Part shown: in pieces, positions 39,851-52,070 of the stretch | Position numbering within the stretch: position 1 is the first letter of the stretch | How the letters are laid out: each line of letters opens with the position of its first letter | Origin: Prorocentrum cordatum | Lineage: Eukaryota | DNA length: 64,000 nucleotides | Direction: 5' to 3' | NCBI GenBank assembly: GCA_963575745.1 | Contig: CAUYUJ010000066.1 | Location: forward strand, 1 to 64,000 | Translations under genes and position numbers: made by a program | Notes under the pieces: generated by a model | What the model saw: only the letters and a program-made list of their open reading frames with translations | What the model was told of the DNA's origin: nothing | Database searches by the model: none

Positions 39851-41681
39851 TTTCCTCCCTACTCATCCTCGTCATCGTCGCCGGGGGCCTTCCTCGAGGG
39901 GCGATTTGACGACTTTGCGAGGGTGTCTCGAGCGGGAACGAAGCCCAGATTGGGAAACGCCGTCACGCGCGGTCAGATCCCAGGCTGGATTTTATCGCAC
40001 GTCGAGGGTCGATTCTGGAACGATGTCATGAGCAAGAGCCCCAAACTGTGACACCCGAAAATAGTCCTCGGGGACGCTGTGAGGCCTGACTTTCTCGCGC
40101 GCCCGGGGTCGACGTTGGGAGGATGTCTCGAGCGAGAGCCCTGGACTCGGACACGCCCGGTGCGCCCTGGCGCGCGTCTCAGGGCCTCCTTGGGGAGGCT
40201 CGGGGGCCGGTTTTCTGAGGATGTCCCACGCGAGAGCGCTGGTTTGGAATTCGTCGCTAGATATCCTGAACTTCATGGAACAGGGGGCAAGGGTTTCCTT
40301 GGGGACTCGGGGGGTTTTCTGAGGTTGCCCCACGCAAGGGGCGCTGGTGTGGAATTGGTCGATGGACTTCCCGGATTTTCCCAATTTCTGGGGATCAAAG
40401 CAAAAGGCCCTCTGAGGGCCTCCTTGGGGAGGCTTGCGGGGCCAATTGTCTGAGGATGTCCCACGCGAGGGCGCTGGTTTGGAAGTCGTCGCCAGACGTC
40501 CCGGATTTCCTGGAAACGGGACAAGGGGGGCGGTTGGCGGGCCCATTCCCTCGCGCGCCGTGGGTCAGGATGACGTGAGTTCTCAAGACAAGCTTCCTCA
40601 AACAAGATGGCCCCAAAAAGGGTCCAGGAAGGCCCAATTCGGCCCCAAGAGTGCCCATGAACCGCGCCAAGAGCGGCCCAAGAGGGCTCCAAGAAGCGAT
40701 TTTCCGGGCCCCCACGGGGGACCTTGTTAGGGTCCCAGGACCCCCCTCTTCTTTGATCGATGACCTCCAGGATGGCTCCAAGACTGCCTCCAAGAGGGCC
40801 CTGAGAGAGCCCTAAGAGGGCCTCAAGAGAGCTTCAAGAGGCCCCCGAAGCTTCTAAAATGGCTCCAAGAGGTTTCCAACATGGCTCCAAGAGGGCTCCA
40901 AGAGAACCTCAAGATCGCCCCAAGAGGGCCCCGAGAGAGCCCCCAAAGGGTCAATAGGCGTCAAAGATGGCTCCAAGAGGGCCCCAAGCCTCCAAGACGC
41001 TCCCTGTTGCGTAAAAATTGCTTGAACGGTTGCTTGTCGCTCCCTGCTTGCGAAAATAGAATATCTGCGAAGACGACCCAGTTCACTGCCGGGCCGCATG
41101 CTGCTACAAATCCATGATCAAGGCAACTCGCCTGGTGTCTGTTTTTGGATGGGCTAGTAGGGATACACGAACCGCCAATACTTAAACCGCACGTATCCGT
41201 TCTACTCCTGCGCAGCTTCCAACAGCGTGCCACAACACGTGCGCCCCAGCCATGTAACAACACATACGGCGATGCTGACTATCCGACCGAAATTCCCAAG
41301 CGCGTATACATGATTCCCCTTTCTTCTTGCACGACTACCTTCCTTCGGTTTTTTCTCGCACACGGAGTAACCCGTCCATGCGATTGCACATGGCTTCTGC
41401 CGAACGAGGAAGAGGAGGAAGAGAAGGAACGATCTGGACTCGTTCCGACAATATAACAAAAATCAAACGAGTTGTACAATGCATCGGCAGGCATATCGTA
41501 CGTGCCTATACCGTTGCCGCTGAAAGGGCCCAACACAACAGGTCACGGCCAGCACACACACCACAGGCAAGCTCTCTTACATCTAATACACAACGGCCGC
41601 AGCGGCCACAACGCAGCGAAGAACAGTACCACAACAACTAAGCCTCGTCAAGCATCTATATCGTCCAGCTCGGCTTCAATA

Positions 41682-43762
41682 TCAGCGCTCTGGGCGGCAC
41701 TGCCGCCCGCGGCGAGCGCACCGTGTCTGCATCTTCATGACCCTGTGCTTCTCCTTCTTCCTCCTCTTGACCTGGGGGCTGGAGGCTGCTCGGAACATGG
41801 AACAACATGTGCGCGTGTCTGTGTGTGTGTGTGTGTGTGCGCCTGTCTGTCGTGGACCGGGTCCCGAGAATCTATCGGGAACAGGGGCGGGGGAGTGACG
41901 GGCATCGTGGAAAAAGGTCTCGGACCCAGTCCCGCGTCCAGGTCTGAACCTGGGGCCTCGACTGGCCTGCGAGCGCGATGGCCAGGGACACCTGGGAGAA
42001 ACGAAAGGAAGAAAAACCCAATCTACGCTTGTGGCCAGGACCTGACCAACGCACGGACGCGGGGGGGGGGGGTCGTGGACTGGGCCCTGGGTGTAGATCT
42101 AGACCAGGGGCCGGGGCGTAACCAGCAGCGGAGGGTCCACATCTACACCTGGGGCAGGGGAGAGACCACGGCACGAGGGTCTGGGCAACCTGAGGCCCCA
42201 CTCGGTGCTTCCGCTTAGATCTGGGCCTCGGGCCTCGGACTGAGACCTGGGCAGGACGAGCACCCCGGGTCAACTTCAAGACCTGCGGCCAGTCCCGGCT
42301 CCGCCTCCAGCGCCGAATCTCAGATCCATGCCCGGGGCTGAGCCTACGATCCCACATCGCCCCAGTTCCACGAGCAAGCCAGAGGCCCTGGTCTACACCC
42401 ACACCCTGGTGGGAAGCGTCTGGGAGGTCTGAAATGGTTGGGGCCCTAGACGGCTCAAGACCCCTCCCTAGGTCCATCAAGTGTAGTTTGTGACCTCGGA
42501 TCCGTTTACACGGTCCAGGGGGCCGAAAACGGCTCCCGGAGGCCGAAGAAGGCAAAAACGAATCCAGAACCTCGAGCTGCCTGCCCTTCCCGCTCGCCAG
42601 AACCAGTGCTGGGCCACGAGACCCCGGACTGTGTCGGTCCAAGTTCTCGCGCCCACACAGCCGACACCCCAAGCCTAGATCTACCCCCCCTGGGGCCAGG
42701 GCCGCGACCTTCGGGGCCATCACAGAAGCCTTGCGATGTCTCTCCCTGCAGATCTCCCCCAGCCCGGGTCCCTGCGAAGACCCCCTGCGGGATCACTCTC
42801 TCCTGCAGCCCCCCCCCGCGATCCCCCCTCGGTAAGAAAGGAGACGGGCGCCATCAGGAGAGGGGGAGAGTGAAGGGGCGGGGGGGGCACATGGGACCCA
42901 GTAGGAGACCCAACAGGGACCCCACACGAGACCCCGCAGAGAACCCCGCAAGAGAGACCCCGTAGGGATGCCGTATGGGGACCCCGTGGGAGACCCGACA
43001 GGGGCCGCGTAGGGATTTCGTGGGGGACCCCGTAGGGGATCCCCTCCTCTCGACCTCGCCGTCCACGCACAAGTGGCAGAAGCTGCACTCGTCGCCCAAG
43101 CGGCAGCCGTCCTCCTTGTACAGGAAGTAAGCGCAGGGCTTGCAGTCGCCGGTCCTGTGGGCCTCCTCCTTCCTGGGGTCGCGCAGGCAGAACGTCCGCC
43201 GCAGCAGCAGCGGTGGAGCCGAAGCGCTCCGGATCGCCGAGCTCGCAGCGGGCTCGGCGTCGGCAGGCTCCACGGGCCCCCTGCCGTCGCTGGTATCAAA
43301 GTGAATGAAGGTGCGCCTGACCGGCATGGGCTCCACGGGCTCCTCGGGCTCGCCTCCAGCTGGTGCGAGCGGCGGCGGCGCCGCCGCGCTGCGCGCCCTG
43401 CATCTTCTCGGCGGCTGCGGCGCGGTGTGGGCCTCGGGCATCCCTGCGCCCGCGGCTGCGTCCTCGCACACCGCGCAGGGGAAACCATCGCAGTAGGCTT
43501 CCCATGGCGTCGCCAGGGGCTCCTGGTGCAGCCAACCGTCGTCAACTCCCCAAGACTGTATAACCGGCATGCAGAAGATAATACCGCCATACAAGCCAGC
43601 CTGCATCTGGTCGCCGTCCGTGAACGCCTGCATCTGGTCGCCGTCCGTGAACGCGGCTTGCTGCTCCTTGAAATTTTCCAGGTTCGCCCACGGCGACGAG
43701 GAGGAGAAGCCGCTGCTAGCAGATGGCGTGAACTCCCCAAAGGACACCTCGCACTCGCTCAT
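41682..43762 (-). CDS. CCCH (C3H1) zinc-finger protein; exons 43762-43055 and 41771-41682
   Basis: MSECEVSF...PVRRTFIHFD...RSASAP...HRTGDCKPCAYFLYKEDGCRLGDECSFCHLCVDGE|VKRRKKEKHRVMK. The basic tail typical of this family is restored by the GT-AG intron 41772-43054. There is a 27-nt internal duplication (AFTDGDQMQ x2). Confidence 0.82.
41772..43054 (-). other. 1283-nt GT-AG intron bounded by a 14-nt direct repeat
   Basis: Donor AG|GTCGAGAGGAGG and acceptor AG|GTCAAGAGGAGG (13/14 identical); phase 0. Confidence 0.8.
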
Positions 43763-45469
43763 GGTGCCAGACTGGCCCGGCGCACTCGATGCCACAGCGG
43801 AGGGAGCACGTGGGCGCGCGTGAACCGCGGCCGTGCACTAGCAGAGTGCGCAGCGCAGGCCTCGCGGAGGCCGCCGCTCGTGCTTCGCGCCCAACGGGGG
43901 GGCTGCGACTCAGAGCAGCGATCGCCAAAGCTTAAGCACACACTGCTATGCAGGAGGACGAGGGGGTGAAGAGGGGGCGAATGAGGGCGAGAGGGTGGAG
44001 AGGGGGCGAGAGAGGGCGAAAGAGGGCGAGAGAGCGAGGGGGGGGCGAGGGAGGGCGAGAGGAGGGGGACTGCGGCGGGGCGGCCGCCAGGGGCAGGTCG
44101 CAGGGGGGGTGGGCGCCGGCGCGCCACGAGGGGGGCGCAGGCCTTCGCCGCCAGGGGGCGGGGCGATCGAGACCCGGGCCCCGCCCCTGGATGGCACGTC
44201 CGATGTCACGCGGTGGGTCCCACTGGCAGGGAGCCCACAGAAGACGTACGCGCCCAACCACGTACATGAACACGGCCCCCAGTACGCAAGACCAACCTCG
44301 TGATACGAACGTTCGCGCAACGCGTGCTTTCGAAACCAACGTGGATTCATGTACGTGTGCGTCCTTCTTTCGCTCCTGAACTGGAGGCAGCCGTGTCGTG
44401 CAGCAGCCCTCGGTGCTTCTACTGGGGGGCGCTCGGCCTGCCTGCGCAGCGCGCTGTGGCAGAATCCACGGGCGCGCGCTCGCGAAGATGTGCGCAGACT
44501 GCTCCAGCTCCGCGGTACATGCAGACTGGGGGCGTCCGAGCTGCGCGATCGACCGAGCAGTCCTGCGCGCGCGCGCAGGCTCACATCACCGTGCTCTCGC
44601 CTCACCGTTTTAGTGTTTCCGCGCTCCTCACTCTTCGTCCCCCCCAGCCTCCCTCTCTCCCTCCCTCCCTTCCCCCTTCCCTTCCTCTTCCTTCCCATCC
44701 TCCCCCCTCCCCTCCTCTTCCTTACCGTCCTCCCCCTTCCGAATCCAAAAGGCTCAGGATGGCTCAGAGGGGCACGCACGCTTTACCTTGGAGTCATGGT
44801 GCCTGGCTGAGCCTTTCTTGCCTCCTGCGGGAGGAGGCAAGTGCACCGTGGGCGCTCCCTCCCTGCCTCCCTCCCTTCTTCTTCCTTCCTTCCCGTCCTC
44901 CCCCCTCCGAGCATGGCTCTCGGCACGTCTCCCCGCCCTCCTTGCGGCGGGGCCGGCGCTGGCATGCACGGCGCCGGCGCGCGTGCACGCCGCCCAGGTG
45001 GCTGCGCGGAGGGGGGGGGGGCGCGGGACCGCGGACCCCCCCTCGGGCTCTCTCCTCCTCCTCCTCCTCCTCCTCCTGCTCCTCCTGCTCCTCCTCCTCC
45101 TCCTCCTCGTCCTCCTCCTCCCCCGCCTCCTCCTCCTCCTCTTCTTCTTCTTCTTCCTCCTCCTTCTCCTCCTCCTGAATTCCGAGGAATGTTTCCTACT
45201 GGATTCCGATTCAAAAACCAATAGCAATGAGTAGGGAATTCTGCTGGAGGCTGGGACTCGACAGTTTTCGATTGAATTCTCATTCGAAAGCCAATCAGAC
45301 ATTAAAGAATTCGGCTGGAAGCTGGAACTCGGCCACGTCCTATTGAATTCCTAGGAATCCCGGGGGTGCCGCACGGGTGTCGGCCAGAGTTTTGGCCGTT
45401 TTAATGGACAATGGGAAACATTACCCCCAGAACCCCTTGTATTTCTATTGGAACCATGCTCTAAATGCT

Positions 45470-45700
45470 GCGACACGAAGGTGACGTGTGAAACTGTTTT
45501 TTTTTGTATTTCGTAATAAGGCCCTGATATGCTTGCTTACTCATGGATAGTACACGAAGGTAACGTGTGGTGCAAGCGACGCGAAGGTGACGTGTGAAAC
45601 TGGCGTTTTCCTTAATTCTCCAATAGGGATCCGATAGTGTCGCTGTACATTCTATAGTATACGAAAGTCACGTGCGGTCAGACACGAAGACCATGTGTGA
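45470..45700. repeat. Short tandem repeat of the motif CGAAGGTGACGTGTG(AAACTG)
   Basis: Copies at ~45476, 45555, 45582 and 45662. Confidence 0.65.
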
Positions 45701-46987
45701 CCCTACTACGACTAGTACTACTACTCGGTAGTGACGAGTAGTAGTACTACCGCATGGCTTGCATCACGCAGATTGCATCACATAACTTCCAGCACATAGC
45801 CAAGAACACATAGCTTGCACCACACAGCGTAAACCACACGGCTTACACCACATACATGGCATACCATAGCCTGAACCACATAGCACACACACACACTCAG
45901 AGTGCAATAACTCATTGTTTGGGGTCCACGGTCGCTCACATGTTTATGTTGTCTTATGTTCCTTCGAATATGCACTGTCGGCTTTGACTGTGGGCTTTCT
46001 GCAGACCTCGCTCACTCCAATCGGGGGGATAAAAGAAGGGGAGTCGAGAATCACTTGCATGCGTTATGGGGCTTCCATCTCAGTTAGAGACCGAATCCCA
46101 GCAATTCGCTCGTCCAACGGGCCAGAGGGGTGCTAAGATCTCCGGTAACAAGTTAACAATATAACAAATTCGCGCGCGCGGGGCGGCCCCTGGGGGCCCC
46201 GACGCGACAAGTACCCCGCCAAGGTCCTGGCAAGTCCCCGGCAAGTGCCCGTCAGAGATGCCAGAAGCGGCCCCAAGACAGACTAAGAGGCGCCCAAAAC
46301 GGCCCAAGAGAGCCCCAAAACGGCCCCAAGAGGGGCCCAAGAAGAGGACCAGGAACCAGAAAGTCCAGCCTTCAGCCCCAAGAGGCCCCCAGGAGGCCCC
46401 AAGAGGCTCCCAAGAGTCCCCAAGGGGCCCACAAGAGGCACCCCAAGAAGCCCAAAGAGGCCCCCAAGAGGCCCCAAGAGGCCCCAACACGGCCCCCAAG
46501 AGGCCTCAAAACTGCCTCCCAGAGGCTCCTGAGAGGCAAACCACGAGAGCCCAACCAACATCCGTGAGGCCTCTGAACCTTCACCTACAGCCTCCGAAAA
46601 ATGGCAGCCGCCCAACCGCACCGCATTGACAACAACACCCCGACACGACAGCGGCGAGGCAATATGGGCCAGCGGAATGAGCGAAGCAATCAAGTACGTT
46701 CGAGCACCCAGAAAAGGTATCGAAACAGTGTCTGCCCGACACGCTAGCGAAGTGTCGAACGAATATCACCTCCCAGGGCCCGACACGTGAAACCCCCCAA
46801 GTCTGGTACTTTCCTGGTGATCGAAATCCTTTCTGGTGATCAAGGCTGAAATAGGTCGGGACATCATAACGCATGCTGCAGATTTCGTACTGCAAGTTCG
46901 TGTCTTAACGACCCTGGCGTTGGTTTCTGACACCGCGTGGATCGTTCAACCTTGAACGATCGGCGGGTTATCTATCGCCAGATTTAG

Positions 46988-47130
46988 GTCGGGCGTGTCC
47001 CCCTACAGGCGGATTTTTTTAAACATGCACAAACAATGCCCTCAAAATGTTCAAACATATTCAGAAAACAGTCCCCCGACTATTTTTTGACTATCTTTGA
47101 ATCTTCCCCCTGCAGAGGGACAGGCCCGAC
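46988..47130. mobile_element. MITE-like element, copy 2 (143 bp, 22-bp TIRs)
   Basis: gtcgggcgtgtccccctacagg / cctgcagagggacaggcccgac are 19/22 complementary; homologous to 35158-35311. Confidence 0.7.
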
Positions 47131-48719
47131 GTAACGTCAGATCGTTCCATACTGGCCGACTCCTGGCCACTGGCGGCGTTCAACCTTGAACGCCCACGCT
47201 GGGATCGCAGCCACGTCGACACGACACGAACCCACTGGACCTCCCCTCTGTTGACGGGCAAAGTCAGGGGGCACCAGGTTAGGGGGTGAAACATCAAGCG
47301 ATACATCGCCGATAGATAGGCAACAGGCCCCTGTCGGCGATGAATGGGCGACTGGGGTCGATACGTTCCCCCGTGGCCCTATCACAGGGAAAGAAGGCTG
47401 CACAAACATAAGCTTTCCGAGGTCCGCGGAGATTTCGTGTTTCTGCGCTGGACCTCCCCTCCATGGCGCGCGGAGCGCGCTGGTGGCGGCGTTGGAGGCG
47501 CCGCCCAGGGGGTCCAACGCAGATCCAAGAGATCATGTAATTTTATCTTCTTCGACTGACGTTGCCCCTGACCTTTCCCAACCTCCACCTCTCGTCCGCC
47601 CCGAGCTTGCTGAAGACTCCGCCTTCGCTCCGAGGGCAGGGATCCCAAACCCCCGACGGCATGATTATTTTTCACAACTTCGACTTCAGAGAACTCGACC
47701 CATCCCCTGGGACCGGTTTTTCATCCCGAATCGTTTTCTGACGGTCCCGGGGCCCGGCAAAGGATTCTGGAGGCCAAAAATAATGAAAAACCTCGCGCCG
47801 TTATTTTTTCATGACTCGAGGGGGTCTGCGGGGGGGTGCACTGCCAAAGGGGTCACCACCAGGGGTGTCGCCACTTCCTAAAGGAACGGCCGCCTCCTCG
47901 AGGGCGTGGGCTCCAGGAGCGCTCCAGGAGCGCCCCCGACGACTTGGGTGACCCAAACGGGGGTCCAACTGAAACGGGGTGGGGCAATAGATTTGGGGCA
48001 GTTCTATTGCGAATGTATTGCGCCGGAGACCTGTATTGCATTGTATTGCGAGGAATGTATTGCACGCGAGAATCCAGCAATGCATTTGCGCCCTGGAATG
48101 TGTTGCACACCCCAACATGTATTGCAACCCCACAAAGCCATTTCACCAAATCTATTGCACGATCCCTTTGTCGCTGGACCCCCTTTTGGGTCAACCCGAA
48201 TGACGACCCCAGACGTCCAATAAAAACCTCCTCGAGCATCGATCCTGGATCCCCGATCCTCGGGACCCAGACAGCCAGCTGCTCCAACTTCTTTGGTGCG
48301 TGGACCCCGGAGGTCCAGACCACTTCTCCATTGAGAAGTCGAAGAATTAAACAGCCAGAGGTTGGGCCAAAGATGGTGCCAGAAGAAGCTAGCCGGATGC
48401 TGTGCCACTATCGTTGCGCCGTTCTGGCCACGTGATTGCTCTGATGTTCCGTGTTGTTCTGTGGTTGGCGTTTGGGCTATTGATGGAGAAATTCTCCAGG
48501 GCCGGCCCTGGAGGAGTTCTCCAGGGCCGGCTGTTTGCCTTGAGTCGTTTCTTGACGCGCCCGGGGCCCGGCGAAGGCCCCCAGAGGCCGAGAACGGCCA
48601 ACAACCGCCGGCTCCGATTATTTGGGAGCGTCGGAGCTCAGGGGAGGAAGCGGTGCCCCCCCCCCTGGAGGCGAACCCCCTGGGCATTGCCTGAGCTGGG
48701 AGCGGGAGAGAGAGAGCCC

Positions 48720-48977
48720 AGAATCGAATCGACAAGTCGGATCGGCGATCGAAATGAATCGGATCGGCGGAAATCGGCAGCCGAGTCGGGAAAAGTCGAA
48801 TCGACAGAAATCGGCAGGCTAGTATGCCTCCGATAATAGATCAAAGCCCAAATCGGAACCCCAAATCGAATCGAATCGGAATCGGAAGCCATCGCAATCG
48901 AAAACCATCGAAATCGAAATCGAAACGGAATCGGAAGCCATCGAAATCGAAGCCGCATCGAACCGGAGGAATCGAAA
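48720..48977. repeat. AATCG(A/G) penta/hexamer minisatellite
   Basis: Repeated aatcga/aatcgg. Confidence 0.8.
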
Positions 48978-50514
48978 CCAGCCCGCCCGCCGCCTCGCTG
49001 CTGCCCTGCCGGGCGCGGAGGCCCGCCGGCGAGCGCCCCCCGGACAGCAGCCAGCCCATCGCTGGAGGGCACGGCGGGGGGAGGGCGGCTCCTCCTCCCT
49101 CCTCCTCTCCTCCTTTTCCTCCTCCTCCTCCTCTTCCTCCTCCTAGCTCCTCCTCCTCCTCCTCCTCCTCCTCCTCCTCCTCCTCCTCCTCCTCCTCCCT
49201 CCTCCTCCTCCTCCTCCTCTCTCCTCCTCGTCCTCTCCTCCTCCTCCTCCCCTCCTCCCTCCCTCCTCCTTCCTCCTCCTGTTCCTGGATCCCAGCGGTG
49301 GAGAGGGGGCGGGGGGGGATCGCCACCACGGACGCGGAGGAGCAGGGGGGATTGCTCTTCAGCGGCCACGGGAGGGAGGGGGGGTGGAGTGGGGGGCAAC
49401 GACACGGGGGGACTGGCATAGAGGGGGACGCATCGACGTGGAATCCCCCCGATAGTGAATCCGCACATTCCTGGTCGGGTTGGGGCTGTCAAACCCCTAT
49501 CGGCGATCAATGGGCGATTGGGGGTCGATGCATCCCCCCCCATGCCTATCCCCCCTATCGTTGCCCCCGAGGGAGGGGACAGCCCTGAGACCGGGAGGGC
49601 AGGAGGGGAGAGGAGGGGAGGTGGGAGGGCGGGAGGGCGCTGGGCAGGAGGGAGCATGAAGGGGCCCAGGGGCACACAAATAAATACACACACACACACA
49701 TCCCAGGACTCCCCATATTTCAGAACATTTTCTGGGCTTTCGTCTCCCCCCCCCCCCACTTCCCATATTTTCCCATATTCTCCGCGGGATCGAGGATTAC
49801 TATGGTGTCTGTGTGCTTTGCCCCCTCCCGAGAGCAACCCCGAGGCCCGGGCGTTGCAAGGGGTTGGCCGCCGGGCGCGCTCGCCAGGTCTCGGGCCCCG
49901 GGGCCATCACAGCTCGACCTGGCTCGAAGGGTACAACAGAAAGACAGGGTCGACCCTCGTCGCCACGGCGGGATTCGGCTTCTGACATTCCGCTCAGTGC
50001 TGAGCGGGCGAAGAGCGGCACAGCACGCGTTTCCCGTCGAGCGGTGTACCATAGTTTTTGTCCGTCACCGGTGGCGCCTGTCCTGGGGCGGCTGGACAGT
50101 TCATACCCTGACGTGCCTGCCACCGTAGGGGTATGAACTTTCCAGCCGCCCTGAGACTGGCGTCCCCAGCGGCGAAGAAGCTTATCTAATACCGTTCTTC
50201 GCCCGTTGAAGAACACGCGCCACGAGAGGACGGGGCTCCGACGGTTGTGGAAGAGATCCATCCAGAGAACGAACGACTTTTTAGGGATCCTAAATCCGTG
50301 TGGTGACAGACCGTGTGGTGACCTCGGAACCCCAAGAGACCTCACCGCACGGTCTGTCACCGCAGAGTCTTGGGACCCTGGAGGCCCCTGTCGCCCAAGA
50401 CATCCCCAGAGAGGGGCCCGAGTCCCAAAACCGTGCGGTGACCCCGAATCCCCACCGACCACCACTGGAGGCCTCCTAGATGGGGTCCGAGTAGATGGGG
50501 TCGACGGAGCTCGC

Positions 50515-50668
50515 CGCATCGCCGATACATCTGCGATGCATCGTCAATGGATCGGCGATGCATCGGCGATGCACTGGCGACGTCGGCGATGCATCGGCCA
50601 CGTCGGCGTAGAGAAAATTTGGCCCCACATCGAGCCGCATCGCCGATGCATCGCCGATGCATCGCCGA
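50515..50668. repeat. Palindromic GCATCGCCGATGC/GCATCGGCGATGC array
   Basis: Multiple direct and inverted copies. Confidence 0.75.
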
Positions 50669-51769
50669 CCGACCCCACCTACTCCGACGCCATCTAGGAG
50701 GCCTAGAACCAGACGGTGTGGTCACCACCCCGCCTGGGGGCCCCCGAGCCACTGCGCTAGCGGGCTCTGCCACATCTTGGGCCTCGGGAGGCCCCTCGCG
50801 GGCCCCCGGGGCATCACAGGAGAGGGGGCGGCTGGGCGTGACAGAAGGGGGGGGGGCGGTACCTTGAGGGGAGAGGCGTGCACCCTCCGTGCCCCTCTTG
50901 GTCCTCGGGCCCCTTTGGGGCACAAAAGGGGTGCACCCCGACCCCCCCCCCAATATCGCACCGCCATTGCTCGACGCCCGAGGGCGGGGCGGGAACACGT
51001 TTGCAAGGCGTGCGTTTGGGTAGCACAGCTGCGCATCTTTCGCCGGATGCGGGCTCTCGCCGCACAACCTGCTGCGGGTGCAGAGGGCGCAGGGCCACGA
51101 AAACGACATGTGCTTGTGAACGGGAACAACGACTCAGCACCGTTCCGACGTGGATTTGGCTATCTGACACGGGGGGGGCTTTTTCAAGACAAATCCAAAC
51201 ATGTGCTCCTATTGCACTGTTTCTGGTGACACGCGCGTGTTCTTTGCGGTGCCGAAGCTGGTTGTCGGAGAATGACCCGCCCTGGGCGCCCTGGGAGGGG
51301 TGGGCAGGCGGGGTCGGGCCCTGGACATAGCACGCACATTATGATATGTCAAGGTCAGGCGCGGCCTTTGGGAGCAGCAGCAGCAGCAGCAGCAGCCGCA
51401 GCAGCAGCAGGAGGACGACCTGTGTAAACGCAAGACTTATCAACAATGTCGGAATGAATCCTCTCTCCAACCTCCTTCTTCACTGGCCCCTGCAAGGGTT
51501 CATTTCCACCCAGGAAACTGCCGCGGTGGGAGACAACTGTTTGCAGACCCTGAAGCGTGCCAGAACCCCAATCTCGGGACTCCAACGCCACGGATCAACC
51601 TGACTGTTGCGTCTTGACAATCATGAATCGCGCCAGAAGGCAATTCCCAGGACCCCAACTCCGCGAATCGACGTAACTGTTGCGCCCTCACAATCCTAAA
51701 TACTTCCAAAACGTCATTTCCAATATGTTGACCATCGGAATTCGTGAAACTCCTGCAAACTCTTAGAGC

Positions 51770-52070
51770 AAATGTGCGCGGCACAAAAGCGATAACCGCA
51801 TTTTGAAAACCAACCGCCCTCAATCCGTGAAGCTCTTGCAAATGTGTAAGCCGAGTGTGCGCGGCGCTAAGGCGAGAGCCACATTTTGAAAACCAGCCGC
51901 CCTCAATCCTTGAAGCTCTTGCACATGTTTCAAACGAGTGCGCACGGCGCTGAGGCGACAACCACATTTGAAAACGGCCCGCCCTCAATCCTTGAAGCCC
52001 TTGCACATTGTGAAGGCGAATGTGCGCGGCGCTAAGGCGAGAGCCACAGATTGGAAACGGCCCGCCCTCC
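51770..52070. repeat. Minisatellite, about 4 copies of ~70-85 bp (..GCGGCGCTAAGGCGAGAGCCACATTTTGAAAA..CCGCCCTCAATCCTTGAAGC..)
   Basis: ccgccctc recurs at ~51813, 51897, 51979 and 52062. Confidence 0.8.

Noticed and set aside
51770..52070. CRISPR-like array
   Set aside because: Whole units, including would-be spacers, are homologous; eukaryotic context with no cas genes.
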